A stretch of DNA of 64,000 nucleotides. It comes from an uncultured Planctomycetaceae bacterium. GTDB taxonomy: Bacteria > Planctomycetota > Planctomycetia > Planctomycetales > Planctomycetaceae. This document shows positions 26,786 through 35,749 of this stretch, in pieces. The stretch lies in NCBI GenBank assembly GCA_963813715.1, contig CAWFAK010000008.1, positions 416,001 to 480,000 of the forward strand, read 5' to 3'. The notes under the pieces are model-generated. The model saw only the letters and a program-made list of their open reading frames with translations, had not been told where the DNA came from and did no database searches. Both the position numbers and the translations under genes were made by a program. Numbering within the stretch: position 1 is the first letter of the stretch; each line of letters opens with the position of its first letter.

Positions 26786-28951
26786 ATGTCCACCGCGTTT
26801 CGGCTGGAAGAACTCCCCGGGCCGATTGCCCTGTTGACGATGGACGTCCCCGAGCAGAGCGTCAACACGTTTTCCCGGCCGGTCATGACCGAGCTGAGCA
26901 AGGTCGTCGATCAACTCGGCGAGCGGAGAGACCTCAAGGGGCTCTTGCTCAAGAGCGGCAAGAAGGGGCAATTCATCGCCGGGGCCGACCTCAAGGAAAT
27001 GGGCGCGCTGGCCTTTGCCACCAAGGAAGAAGTGCTGCCCGCGCTCCGCGGCGGTCACGAGGTATTTAACCGCCTCAGTCGCCTGCCGTTCCCGACCATC
27101 GCCCTCATCGACGGCAACTGCATGGGAGGCGGGACGGAGATCACGCTCGCCATGGATTACCGCATCGCCGCGGACACTCCGGCGACCAAGATCGGGCTGC
27201 CCGAAGTCAAAGTCGGCATCATTCCCGGCTGGGGTGGCACGCAGCGGCTGCCCCGCGTCGTCGGCATCCAGCAAGCCATCCAGATGATTACCTCCGGCGA
27301 GCCGATCGATGCCAAGCAAGCCGCCAAGTGCGGGTTGGTGTTCGACGCGGTCCCCGCCGAGCGGCTGGTGGAAGAGGGCCGCCGTCTGATCGACTACGCC
27401 CAGCAAACGGGCGAGTGGAAAGAACTGCGCCGCAAGAAGGAACAGCCGCTGGGCCTCAGCGACGACCAGCTGAACTTCGCCTTCGGCGTGTCGGAAGGGG
27501 CCGTCCGCGGAGCGACGAAGGGACAATATCCCGCGCCGTTGGCGGCGCTACGGGCGATGAAAGAGGGGATCAACCTGCCGCTTGCCGAAGGCATCGAGAT
27601 CGAGCTTCGCGAGTCGCAGGGCGTGGTCGGCACGCCGACGTCCGCCGCGCTCATCGGCGTCTTCTTCATGCAGAACCTGTTGGCCCGCGATCGCGGCGTG
27701 ACCGACCCCAGCGTCAAGGCCCGCCCGGTCAGCCGCGTGGGCGTGCTCGGAGCGGGGCAAATGGGGGCGGGTATCGCCACGGCCCACGCCCGCTCAGGCA
27801 TTCCCACCGTGATGGTCGACGTGGACGACGCGCGGATTGCCGACGGCATGCGTCGCGCCGCCGACGTGGTCATGGGCCGTATCAAGATCGGCCGCGCGAC
27901 GACGGCCGACCTGCAATCGCTGTTGTCGCAACTGAGCGCGTCGACCTCGCACCAGGTCTTTTCCGATCGCGACGTGGTGGTCGAAGCCGTGACCGAAAAC
28001 GAGGAGCTGAAGACGGCCCTCTATCGGCAGCTGTCGACGGCGATGAAAAAAGACGCCATTCTGGCGACCAACACCTCGACGATTTCGATCACCCGCATGG
28101 CCGAGGCGTGGCCCGAGCCGTCGCGGTTCATCGGCATGCACTTCTTCCTGCCGGTCGACCGGATGCAGCTGGTCGAGGTGATTCGCGGCAAACGCACGAG
28201 CGAAGAAACGGTCGCCACGATCGTCGAGCTGTCGAAGCGGATCAAGAAGACGCCGATCGTCGTCAACGACTGTGCGGGCTTCCTCGTCAACCGCATCCTG
28301 CTGCCCTACATGACCGAGGCGCTTGCGCTCTTGCTCGAAGGCGCGTCGATGGACGCCGTCGACCGCGTGGCGACGAAGTTCGGCATGCCCGTCGGACCGA
28401 TCGCGCTGCAGGACATGGTGGGGCTCGACACGTCGTGCTTTGCCGGCAAGGTGCTGGCGGCCGCCTACAGCGACCGGGCCCTCAAGATCACGCTGTTGGA
28501 CGATCTGATCGCCGCCAAGCGGCTGGGCAAGAAGACGGCGCCGGCTTCCGCAAGTTTGCCGGCACGAAGGGGAAGCCGGCCGACGATCCCGACCTTCGCC
28601 CCCTTCCTGGAAAAACACCGCACGGCGAAGCGCGAAGTGACCGACCAGGAGATCGAGGATCGGCTCTTCCTGTCGATGCTGCTCGAGGCGGTCCGCACGC
28701 TGGAAGAGGGGATCGTCCGCGAGCCCGCCCACGTCGATATGGGCATGATTCTCGGCGTCGGCTTCCCGCCGTTCCGCGGCGGCATCCTTCGCTGGTGCGA
28801 CGCGGTGGGCGCCGCGCCGCTCGTCGATCGGGCGTCCAAGTACACGTCGTTGGGCAAGCGGTTCGAGCCGAGCCCGATGCTCGTCGACATGGCCAAGACC
28901 GGCAAGAAGTTTTATCCGCGGCCAGCGGCTCCCGCGGCCGCCGCGAAGTAA
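26786..28951 (+). CDS. Fatty-acid oxidation complex alpha subunit (enoyl-CoA hydratase / 3-hydroxyacyl-CoA dehydrogenase), FadJ/FadB-like; compensating indels near 28540 and 28595
   Basis: FIAGADL, CMGGGTE, IGLPEVKVGIIPGWGGTQRLPR, GVLGAGQMGAGIA, VEAVTEN, TNTSTISI, GMHFF and GFLVNRIL motifs. Confidence 0.93.
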   Translation: MSTAFRLEELPGPIALLTMDVPEQSVNTFSRPVMTELSKVVDQLGERRDLKGLLLKSGKKGQFIAGADLKEMGALAFATKEEVLPALRGGHEVFNRLSRLPFPTIALIDGNCMGGGTEITLAMDYRIAADTPATKIGLPEVKVGIIPGWGGTQRLPRVVGIQQAIQMITSGEPIDAKQAAKCGLVFDAVPAERLVEEGRRLIDYAQQTGEWKELRRKKEQPLGLSDDQLNFAFGVSEGAVRGATKGQYPAPLAALRAMKEGINLPLAEGIEIELRESQGVVGTPTSAALIGVFFMQNLLARDRGVTDPSVKARPVSRVGVLGAGQMGAGIATAHARSGIPTVMVDVDDARIADGMRRAADVVMGRIKIGRATTADLQSLLSQLSASTSHQVFSDRDVVVEAVTENEELKTALYRQLSTAMKKDAILATNTSTISITRMAEAWPEPSRFIGMHFFLPVDRMQLVEVIRGKRTSEETVATIVELSKRIKKTPIVVNDCAGFLVNRILLPYMTEALALLLEGASMDAVDRVATKFGMPVGPIALQDMVGLDTSCFAGKVLAAAYSDRALKITLLDDLIAAKRLGKKTAPASASLPARRGSRPTIPTFAPFLEKHRTAKREVTDQEIEDRLFLSMLLEAVRTLEEGIVREPAHVDMGMILGVGFPPFRGGILRWCDAVGAAPLVDRASKYTSLGKRFEPSPMLVDMAKTGKKFYPRPAAPAAAAK

Positions 28952-29006
28952 GCAAGCCAACGGACAACGAAGCAAACAGATCGCGAAACTGGATCGGAGC
29001 GACGAG

Positions 29007-30167
29007 ATGAGACATGCGGTCGTGATCGACGCCGTGCGGACGCCGATCGGCAAGGCGTCGGCGGACAAGGGCATCTACCGCGACGTTCGTGCCGAAGAGC
29101 TGTCGGCCCACATCATCGACGCGCTCGTCAAGCGGACGGGCATCGATCCGCACCTGGTCGACGACGTGCGTTGGGGCTGCGTGCAACAGCAGGGCGAGCA
29201 GGGCTTCGACGTCGCCCGCACGATCGCGCTGATGGCCGGCCTGCCGATCGAGGCGGGCGGCGTGACCATCAATCGCAACTGTGCCTCGAGCCTGCAGGCG
29301 ATCAACGACGCGGCCATGAACGTCGCCGCCTGCTGCGAAGACGTGCAGATTGCCGGCGGCGTGGAGCACATGGACCACGTGCCGATGAACAAGGACTACA
29401 ACCCGCCGCCGGGCCTGTTCTTCAAGCACAGCGAAGCCATCATGAACATGGGCCTCACCGCCGAATACATGGCGATGAAGTACCAGATTCCGCGGCAGAA
29501 GCAGGACGAGTTTTCGGTGCGAAGCCACCAGCTGGCGGCCGAAGCGACGACGGGCGGCGGCTTCAAGTCCGAAGTCGTGCCGACCTGGGGCCGCGACGAC
29601 GAAGGACGCAAAGTCCAAATCGCACAGGACCAGGGGATTCGCTTCGATTGCTCGATCGAGGGGCTCGGCAAGCTGCCGGCGGCCTTCAACCCGGCAGGCG
29701 GATCGGTGACGGCCGGCAACAGCTCGCAGGTGAGCGTGGGGGCCACGGCCGTGCTCGTGATGTCGGAAGAAAAGGCCCAGGAGCTGGGCCTCAAGCCAAT
29801 GGCCAAGATTCGCGCGATGGCGGTCGCCGGCGTCGATCCGAGCGAAATGGGCATCGGCCCCGTTCCCGCCATTCACAAGGTGCTCCGCCGCGCCGGCCTG
29901 ACGCTGGCGGACATCGGCAGCATCGAGCTCAACGAAGCGTTCGCGGTGCAGGTGCTTTCTTGCCTGCGGCTGTTGGGGACGGACGAGAAGCGGGTGAATC
30001 GCCGGGGCGGAGCGATCGCGCTCGGGCATCCGCTGGGCGCCAGCGGCGCACGGATCGTGACGACGCTCTTGCACCGCATGCGCGACGAAGGTTCGAAGTA
30101 CGGCCTGGCGACGATGTGCGTCGGCCAGGGGCAGGGGGTCGCCACCGTTTTTGAAGCTTGCGAGTAA
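29007..30167 (+). CDS. 3-ketoacyl-CoA thiolase (FadA-like)
   Basis: [19 protein letters not shown] (catalytic Cys), [21 protein letters not shown] and [10 protein letters not shown] motifs. Confidence 0.95.
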   Translation: MRHAVVIDAVRTPIGKASADKGIYRDVRAEELSAHIIDALVKRTGIDPHLVDDVRWGCVQQQGEQGFDVARTIALMAGLPIEAGGVTINRNCASSLQAINDAAMNVAACCEDVQIAGGVEHMDHVPMNKDYNPPPGLFFKHSEAIMNMGLTAEYMAMKYQIPRQKQDEFSVRSHQLAAEATTGGGFKSEVVPTWGRDDEGRKVQIAQDQGIRFDCSIEGLGKLPAAFNPAGGSVTAGNSSQVSVGATAVLVMSEEKAQELGLKPMAKIRAMAVAGVDPSEMGIGPVPAIHKVLRRAGLTLADIGSIELNEAFAVQVLSCLRLLGTDEKRVNRRGGAIALGHPLGASGARIVTTLLHRMRDEGSKYGLATMCVGQGQGVATVFEACE

Positions 30168-30210
30168 GGGTTTTCGCACGCACGTGCGATGCGAGGGGAG
30201 GTGCGGTCTG

Positions 30211-31882
30211 ATGGCGTTTTCTAATCTCTCCGACATGCATCGCCGCCAGTGCGAGCTTTTGGGCCCGCGGACGGCCGTGCGCTTTAAGCGGAACGGCCTG
30301 TACCACGATCTCACTTGGACCGACTATCGCTGGATGGCCGACCGCGCGGCAGCCGGACTCATCGAGCTGGGCGTCAACCCGGGCGACCGGGTCGCCATTC
30401 TGTCGGAAAATCGCTACGAGTGGTTGATCGCCGACGAAGCCATCCTTTCCACGGGCGCGGCCGACGTGCCGTTGCACGCTCCGCTTGCTCCGCGGCAGGT
30501 TGAGTACCAGGTCGGCCACAGCCAGTCGCGCGGCATCATCGTCAGCTGTCAGCAGCAGGCCGACAAAGTCTTCCACGTGCTCGAGTCGCTGCCCAACCTC
30601 GAGTTTCTCGTCTCGTTCGATCCGGTCGTCTCGCCCACCGACAAGATCCAGGTCCTCTCCTGGAACGGTCTGATGCAGCGCGGCAGCCGGGCCAACAAAC
30701 AGGACGAAATTCGCCGTCGCGAGGCCAAGATCACGGGCAAAGACCTGGCGACCATCATCTACACGAGCGGCACGACCGGAAATCCCAAGGGCGTGATGCT
30801 CACGCACGACAACCTGGTGAAGAACGCCGCGACGACGCTCGAAATCGGCCCCCGCGAGCCGACCGACGTGCTCTTGAGCTGGCTCCCTTATAGCCATATT
30901 TATGCCCGCACGTGCGATCTGTACGTGCCGGCGATCGCCGGTTCGGCGGTGGCGCTCGCCGAGTCGATGGACACGCTGGTCGTCAATCTGGCCGAGACGT
31001 GGCCGACCTGGCTCACCTCGGTCCCCCGCTTCTACGAAAAGGTGTGGGCGAAGGTCGAAGAGCTGCCGGCCGAGAAGCGCGGCGCCACGTCTCAAGAAAA
31101 TCTTCGGGCCGCGGATTCGCCAGCTCTCCTCCGGCGGCGCGCCGCTGCCCCGCCACGTATGCCAGGGCTTCTTCGAGGCGGGGTTGCCGCTCTTGGAAGG
31201 TTACGGCCTCACCGAGACGTCGCCCGTCGTCAGTTTTAATCGGCTCGACGATTACCGCATCGGCACCGTTGGCAAGGCCATTCCCGGGGTCGAGATCAAG
31301 ATCGCCCCGGACGGCGAAATCCTAGTCCGCGGGCCCAACATCATGCAGGGCTACTGGCGCAATCCCGAGGCGACGGCCGAGGTCATCGAAAAGGACGGCT
31401 GGTTCCACACGGGGGACGTCGGCCACATCGATGCGGACGGTTACCTGACGATCACCGATCGCAAAAAGGATCTGATCATCACGTCGGCCGGGAAGAACAT
31501 CGCGCCGAGCGAGCTCGAGCGGCTGTTGGTCAGCGACATTTATATTGACCAGGCGGTCGTCTACGGCGACGGCCGCAAATTCGTAAGCGCCCTGATCGTG
31601 CCCAACTTCGAGCAGCTCAAGGCGAAGGCGGCCGAACTTAAGTGCCAGCTCGAATCGACGCCGCAGGGCTTCTTGAACTCGAGATGGCTACACGAGTTTT
31701 TCTCGCAGCGGATCGACGCGGTGATGCAGGAAGTCAGCAATCCTGAGCGGGTCAAGAAATTCCTGGTGCTCGATCGCGCCTTCCAGCTCGATGCCGACGA
31801 GCTGACGGCGACGCTCAAGGTTCGCCGCAACCATATCATTGGCAAGTTCGAGCCCCAGCTGGCGGCGCTTTACGATGAATGA
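30211..31882 (+). CDS. Long-chain fatty acid-CoA ligase (FadD-like), frameshift near 31085
   Basis: GGAGG RBS; IIYTSGTTGNPKGVMLTH, then in the next frame SGGAPL, EGYGLTETSP, GWFHTGDVG and ITDRKKDLIITSAGKNIAP. Confidence 0.92.
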
Positions 31883-31906
31883 GTCCGAAGGCCAAGACGG
31901 TCGCTG

Positions 31907-33076
31907 ATGGACAACGGTCTGAAAAAGCGGGTCGGGAACACGGCGTTCACCTTCCGCGGCTACAACATCTCCAACTTGGGCAGGACGCCCGAGCTTTTGG
32001 CGCATCCGGATTACGGGCCCGTCGTCCGCCGCCACCTGGACGAGGCGTCGCGGGTCTGCACGCGGGTCACCGGCCGCAAGGTCAACCTGCTCGGCCGCAT
32101 CCATCGCAGAGCCAAAACGACGCTCAAGAGCTACGCGCAGGACATCTGCCTGATCGTCGCCGTCGAGATGGCGCAGCTGCAGATCCTGCACGACATGTTC
32201 GACGTGTCGATTTCCGACGCCAAGCTGGCGCTCGGTTACAGCCTGGGCGAGCTGGCCGCGCTCGTGGCCTGCGGCGTCTACTCGATCGAGGCGGCGATCG
32301 GTCCGCTCGTGCAGCTGGCCGAAGAGGCGGCGTCGCTGGCCAACGACGTGACGCTGGGCATCCTGTTTTCCCGCGGCCCGGCCCTCGGCCACGACAAGAT
32401 CGAGCAGCTGTGCCTGCAGATCAGCAACGAGGGGAAAGGGACGATCGCCGTCTCGACGATCCTCTCGCCCGACACGGTGCTGTTGATGGGGCAGGGAGAC
32501 ACCCTCGACCGCTTCAAGGAGCGGATGGTGGGCGTGCTGCCCGAGACGACCCGCCTCCGGAAAAACCGCAACAAGTGGCCGCCAATCCACACCCCCATCA
32601 CATGGCAAAAGAACATCCCCAACCGCGCCTCGGTGCTCTTGGAAAAAGTCCCCGGCGGCTTCAAGGCGCCCGTGCCCCCCATCCTGTCGTGCGTGACCGG
32701 TGGATTCGACTACAACGCCTACAACAGCCGCGAGCTGCTCAATCGCTGGGTCGACCACCCGCAGCTGGTTTGGGACGTGGTCGATAAGACGCTGGCCTCC
32801 GGCATCGAGACGATCATCCACGTCGGGCCGGAGCCGAACATTTTCCCCGACACATTCCGGCGGATCGCGCTCAACGTGGAAACGCAGCTCAACGCCCGGC
32901 CGTTCGCCCGCTTCGGCGTCCGCGCCATGACCACGATCATCCGCCGCCGCAGCTGGCTGCAACGCCTGATGTCGACGGACCCGGTGCTCTTGCGAGCGCC
33001 CTACATCGAGCAAATCATTCTCGAGGACTGGCTGCTCGACCACAAACCGGGCAACGGGCATTCGCCCATCGCTTAA
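31907..33076 (+). CDS. Atypical FabD-like (malonyl-CoA:ACP transacylase fold) acyltransferase
   Basis: TAFTFRG N-terminus, GYSLGE nucleophile motif, PIHTP His motif, HPQLVWDVV...IIHVGP C-terminal pattern. Confidence 0.75.
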   Translation: MDNGLKKRVGNTAFTFRGYNISNLGRTPELLAHPDYGPVVRRHLDEASRVCTRVTGRKVNLLGRIHRRAKTTLKSYAQDICLIVAVEMAQLQILHDMFDVSISDAKLALGYSLGELAALVACGVYSIEAAIGPLVQLAEEAASLANDVTLGILFSRGPALGHDKIEQLCLQISNEGKGTIAVSTILSPDTVLLMGQGDTLDRFKERMVGVLPETTRLRKNRNKWPPIHTPITWQKNIPNRASVLLEKVPGGFKAPVPPILSCVTGGFDYNAYNSRELLNRWVDHPQLVWDVVDKTLASGIETIIHVGPEPNIFPDTFRRIALNVETQLNARPFARFGVRAMTTIIRRRSWLQRLMSTDPVLLRAPYIEQIILEDWLLDHKPGNGHSPIA

Positions 33077-33105
33077 GCGCCCACACTCCGTCGGACGAAC
33101 TTCGG

Positions 33106-34383
33106 TTAATCGTGGCCGCCGCGCTCGCGGATCAATTGCAGTGCCGGTTGGCTGACAAAAACTTTCGCGTGGAACTGCTCGCCCCAAGCTAGCGGTGTGA
33201 TGGCGCGATATTCGTGCGGCGAGGTGTCGTACTCGCGGGCATAGCCCGTGTGGAGCTGTTTTCGCAGGGAGGCGCGCACGTTGGGATCGGCCCCGTGGTC
33301 GAGCAAGAGCTGCGTGAGCTTCGGGACTTGCGGCCGGTTCTGGTAGTTCATCCAGAAGTTCGGTTGCGAGACGACAGTGCCAAAGAGGGACGTGTGTCCG
33401 CCGAAGCCGTCGGCGTCGACGGCCGCTTTGGCGTCGACGGGCATTCCCCGCGCAATCAGCCAGCGGGCGATTTCCTGCTCGTCGTAATCGACGCACATGT
33501 GCAAGAGTGTCGTCCCGGCGAGCGGTGTCCCCTGCGTCGCCAGCACTTCGTCGTGGCAACCGAGTGCGGGCGGATAGATTTCCTCGTGCGTGAAGGTCCG
33601 CGTCAAGAGTGCCGGATCGCGCCGCAAATGCTCTTCGAGCAAGTCGATCCGCCCGCGGTGCAGTGCCATTGTCGGCGTGTCGGGCAGTTCGACCCCCGCG
33701 CGGAAGAAAGCCTCCAGGATTTGATGCTTGGCGACCGGGGTGCGGCTGTCGGTCTCGAGCACCACGTCCACGGGGGCGAGCAGGCGGCCGTCCTCGTCAT
33801 GAACTTGTGCTCCCAGTTCCAGCATCAGCTCGATGCCGGGGACGTTGAGCGTATACGCCGGCCCGTTTAAACAGCCCGCCCGCGGCCGCGGCTCCCCCAT
33901 CATCCGGTGCAGCATGCGAGCCGTGTCGATCTTTCCCTGCAGACTGGCCCGGTCGAGCGCATGCTCGAGGTCCGTCGCACCGCGTTCGGCCAGCGCGCGG
34001 ATGACGCGGTCGCGGCCCAGGTTGGCTGCGTAACTCAGCGGCGGACCCCAGTTGCTCCGCTCGTTGCCGTTGGCCATTTCGTGCACAAGCTGGGGATGCT
34101 TGGCGACGAGCTGGCAGATCGCGTCAACGTCGTCTTCCCAGATGGCGTCGGTCAGGCGGCAGGCGAGGACGAGCCGCGGCCAACTGGCCACCCCGTAGCT
34201 CCTCGCCAGCGCATGCTGCACTTGCGACAGCTTGATCGCACTCGGTTCGAGGGTTTCGGACAGCTGGGCCGTGATTTCGGCGAGCGCAGCCTGATCGCTG
34301 CGGCGGGCCTGGCGGAGCAGATCTTTGGCCTGGTGCCTGAGCTGCTCGAGGTTCGGACGGACGGGAAGATGACGGGCCGACAT
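33106..34383 (-). CDS. Ankyrin-repeat protein with an N-terminal LPxRPNLEQLRxQAKDLL helical domain
   Basis: GGAGG RBS; N-terminus LPVRPNLEQLRHQAKDLL...QHALARSYGVASWPRL; ankyrin-like PPLSYAA, TTLLHMCVD, LLLDHGADPN and TPLAW motifs. Confidence 0.85.
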   Translation of the reverse strand: MSARHLPVRPNLEQLRHQAKDLLRQARRSDQAALAEITAQLSETLEPSAIKLSQVQHALARSYGVASWPRLVLACRLTDAIWEDDVDAICQLVAKHPQLVHEMANGNERSNWGPPLSYAANLGRDRVIRALAERGATDLEHALDRASLQGKIDTARMLHRMMGEPRPRAGCLNGPAYTLNVPGIELMLELGAQVHDEDGRLLAPVDVVLETDSRTPVAKHQILEAFFRAGVELPDTPTMALHRGRIDLLEEHLRRDPALLTRTFTHEEIYPPALGCHDEVLATQGTPLAGTTLLHMCVDYDEQEIARWLIARGMPVDAKAAVDADGFGGHTSLFGTVVSQPNFWMNYQNRPQVPKLTQLLLDHGADPNVRASLRKQLHTGYAREYDTSPHEYRAITPLAWGEQFHAKVFVSQPALQLIRERGGHD

Positions 34384-34515
34384 GACGCTCCCTCCCTTTG
34401 ATGGCGCCTGGTGTCCGCTCGCGTCAGGCTAAAAGGAGAGTGCGCAAAACGAATTTTCGACGTCGAGCAGGTGAACTCGGTCCTTCCCGCGGACAGGGGG
34501 CGTCCTGCACGCCGA
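34384..34515 (-). ncRNA. Candidate structured cis-regulatory 5' leader RNA
   Basis: Lies between the predicted promoter and the ATG. Outer stem UGUCCGC/GCGGACA extended by CGCC/GGCG; internal CGAG-UUCACCUG-CUCG hairpin; CUCUCCUUUU can pair with GGAAGGA or with the SD region AAAGGGAGGG. Confidence 0.5.
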
Positions 34516-34520
34516 GTTCC

Positions 34521-34549
34521 AGCCTAGCCCCGGTTGGACGGCCGTTCAA
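34521..34549 (-). promoter_or_regulatory. Sigma70-type promoter for the ankyrin gene
   Basis: Minus strand TTGAAC (34549-34544), 17-bp spacer, TAGGCT (34526-34521). Confidence 0.6.
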
Positions 34550-34600
34550 GACGCGAATCACGCTGCGAAATCTCGTCGTCGCGCTCCCGCTCGCGGCACG

Positions 34601-34629
34601 TTGACACCCTCCTCCGCCGGTCCTAGCAT
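34601..34629 (+). promoter_or_regulatory. Sigma70-type promoter for the 34800-43805 operon
   Basis: Consensus TTGACA (34601-34606), 17-bp spacer, TAGCAT (34624-34629). Confidence 0.7.
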
Positions 34630-34799
34630 GGAATCTGAGGCGATGCGGTGTCGACAGTTTTGTACGCAAACTGGCTTGATCAAGTAACTTGCGGCCAGCC
34701 CCGTCCTCCCGGCCATTCCTTAAGATTCGCCGCCACTTTTCGGCCTCTCGCTTGTTTACTAATGGGTGAAAAATCCGCGTTCGCGGCGGAACTTTGATC

Positions 34800-35747
34800 A
34801 TGCCTGCGCCTAGTCGCGTCGCCCGTCTTGGCCAAAGCCACTCGGCCGCGCCCGTCATCCGCGTGACCAACTACGACCGCGTCTGGTCGACGTTGGTGGC
34901 GCTGTTGGCCGTTTTGATCGTGGCCGTTTGGTTCCTGTTCCTGGTGTGGGACAGTTTTCGGCCGCACGTCGCCAAGATGCAGCAGGCAATCGAGGTGATC
35001 GAAGACGAGAGCGGCGGGATCGAGGGGGGCTCTCCCACCGAATCGCTCAAGCTCGAAGGGACCGGCCCCGAACGCGCCGATGCCAGCCCGAGCGAAGCAT
35101 CCGACGACAGCCGGCCCGAGGTGGAGAACGTGCTGCAAAGCGTCTCGCTCGAGGCGGCCAGTGCCGCAACGTCCGGCGCCGTGGCGGCCGGTGCGTCCGA
35201 TCAGCTGGAGCTCGACACGGCTCCGGTCGCCACTCCCAAGGGGGGATTTGCCCGCGGCACGGGAACCAAGCCCGCGCTCGGCGGCGGTCCGGGCTCGAAA
35301 GGCGGCTGGCCGCGGCACCAGCGGTGGTACGTGTTCTTTTCCGACGAAGGTTCGCTCACCCAGTACACCAAGGAACTCGACTTCTTCGGCATCGAGATCG
35401 GCGCGCTGATGCCCGATCACACGATCACCTACGTCTCGCAGTTGTCGACCGACAAGCCCGTCGTGCGAAGCGCGGCTGACGGCGAGGAGGAGAAGCGGCT
35501 CTTCTTCACCTGGCAGGGGGGTAAGCGGCGGTCGGCCGACGTGGAACTGTTCACCAAGGCCGGCGTTTCCATCGGCCCCGATACGATCATCTTCCACTTC
35601 TATCCGCCCGCCACCGAAAACATGCTCGCCACGAGAGAGCGGGCCTATCGGGATCGCCCCGTCCGGGAAATCCGCCGGACCTTCTTCCAGGTCGTTCCGG
35701 CCGGGGAAGGATTCGACTTCGAGGTCACGCGCCAGGTGTATTACTGA
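34800..35747 (+). CDS. Hypothetical single-pass membrane protein with an acidic/Gly-rich linker and globular C-terminal domain
   Basis: TM helix near the N-terminus; C-terminal YTKELDFFGIEIG, FFTWQGG and IRRTFFQV; first gene of the operon. Confidence 0.75.
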   Translation: MPAPSRVARLGQSHSAAPVIRVTNYDRVWSTLVALLAVLIVAVWFLFLVWDSFRPHVAKMQQAIEVIEDESGGIEGGSPTESLKLEGTGPERADASPSEASDDSRPEVENVLQSVSLEAASAATSGAVAAGASDQLELDTAPVATPKGGFARGTGTKPALGGGPGSKGGWPRHQRWYVFFSDEGSLTQYTKELDFFGIEIGALMPDHTITYVSQLSTDKPVVRSAADGEEEKRLFFTWQGGKRRSADVELFTKAGVSIGPDTIIFHFYPPATENMLATRERAYRDRPVREIRRTFFQVVPAGEGFDFEVTRQVYY

Positions 35748-35749
35748 GC

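Noticed and set aside
24565..26901. Long antisense ORFs (778 aa here; also 39303-41537, 48770-50893 and others)
   Set aside because: They are shadow ORFs opposite clear genes, common in high-GC DNA, and have no recognisable motifs.
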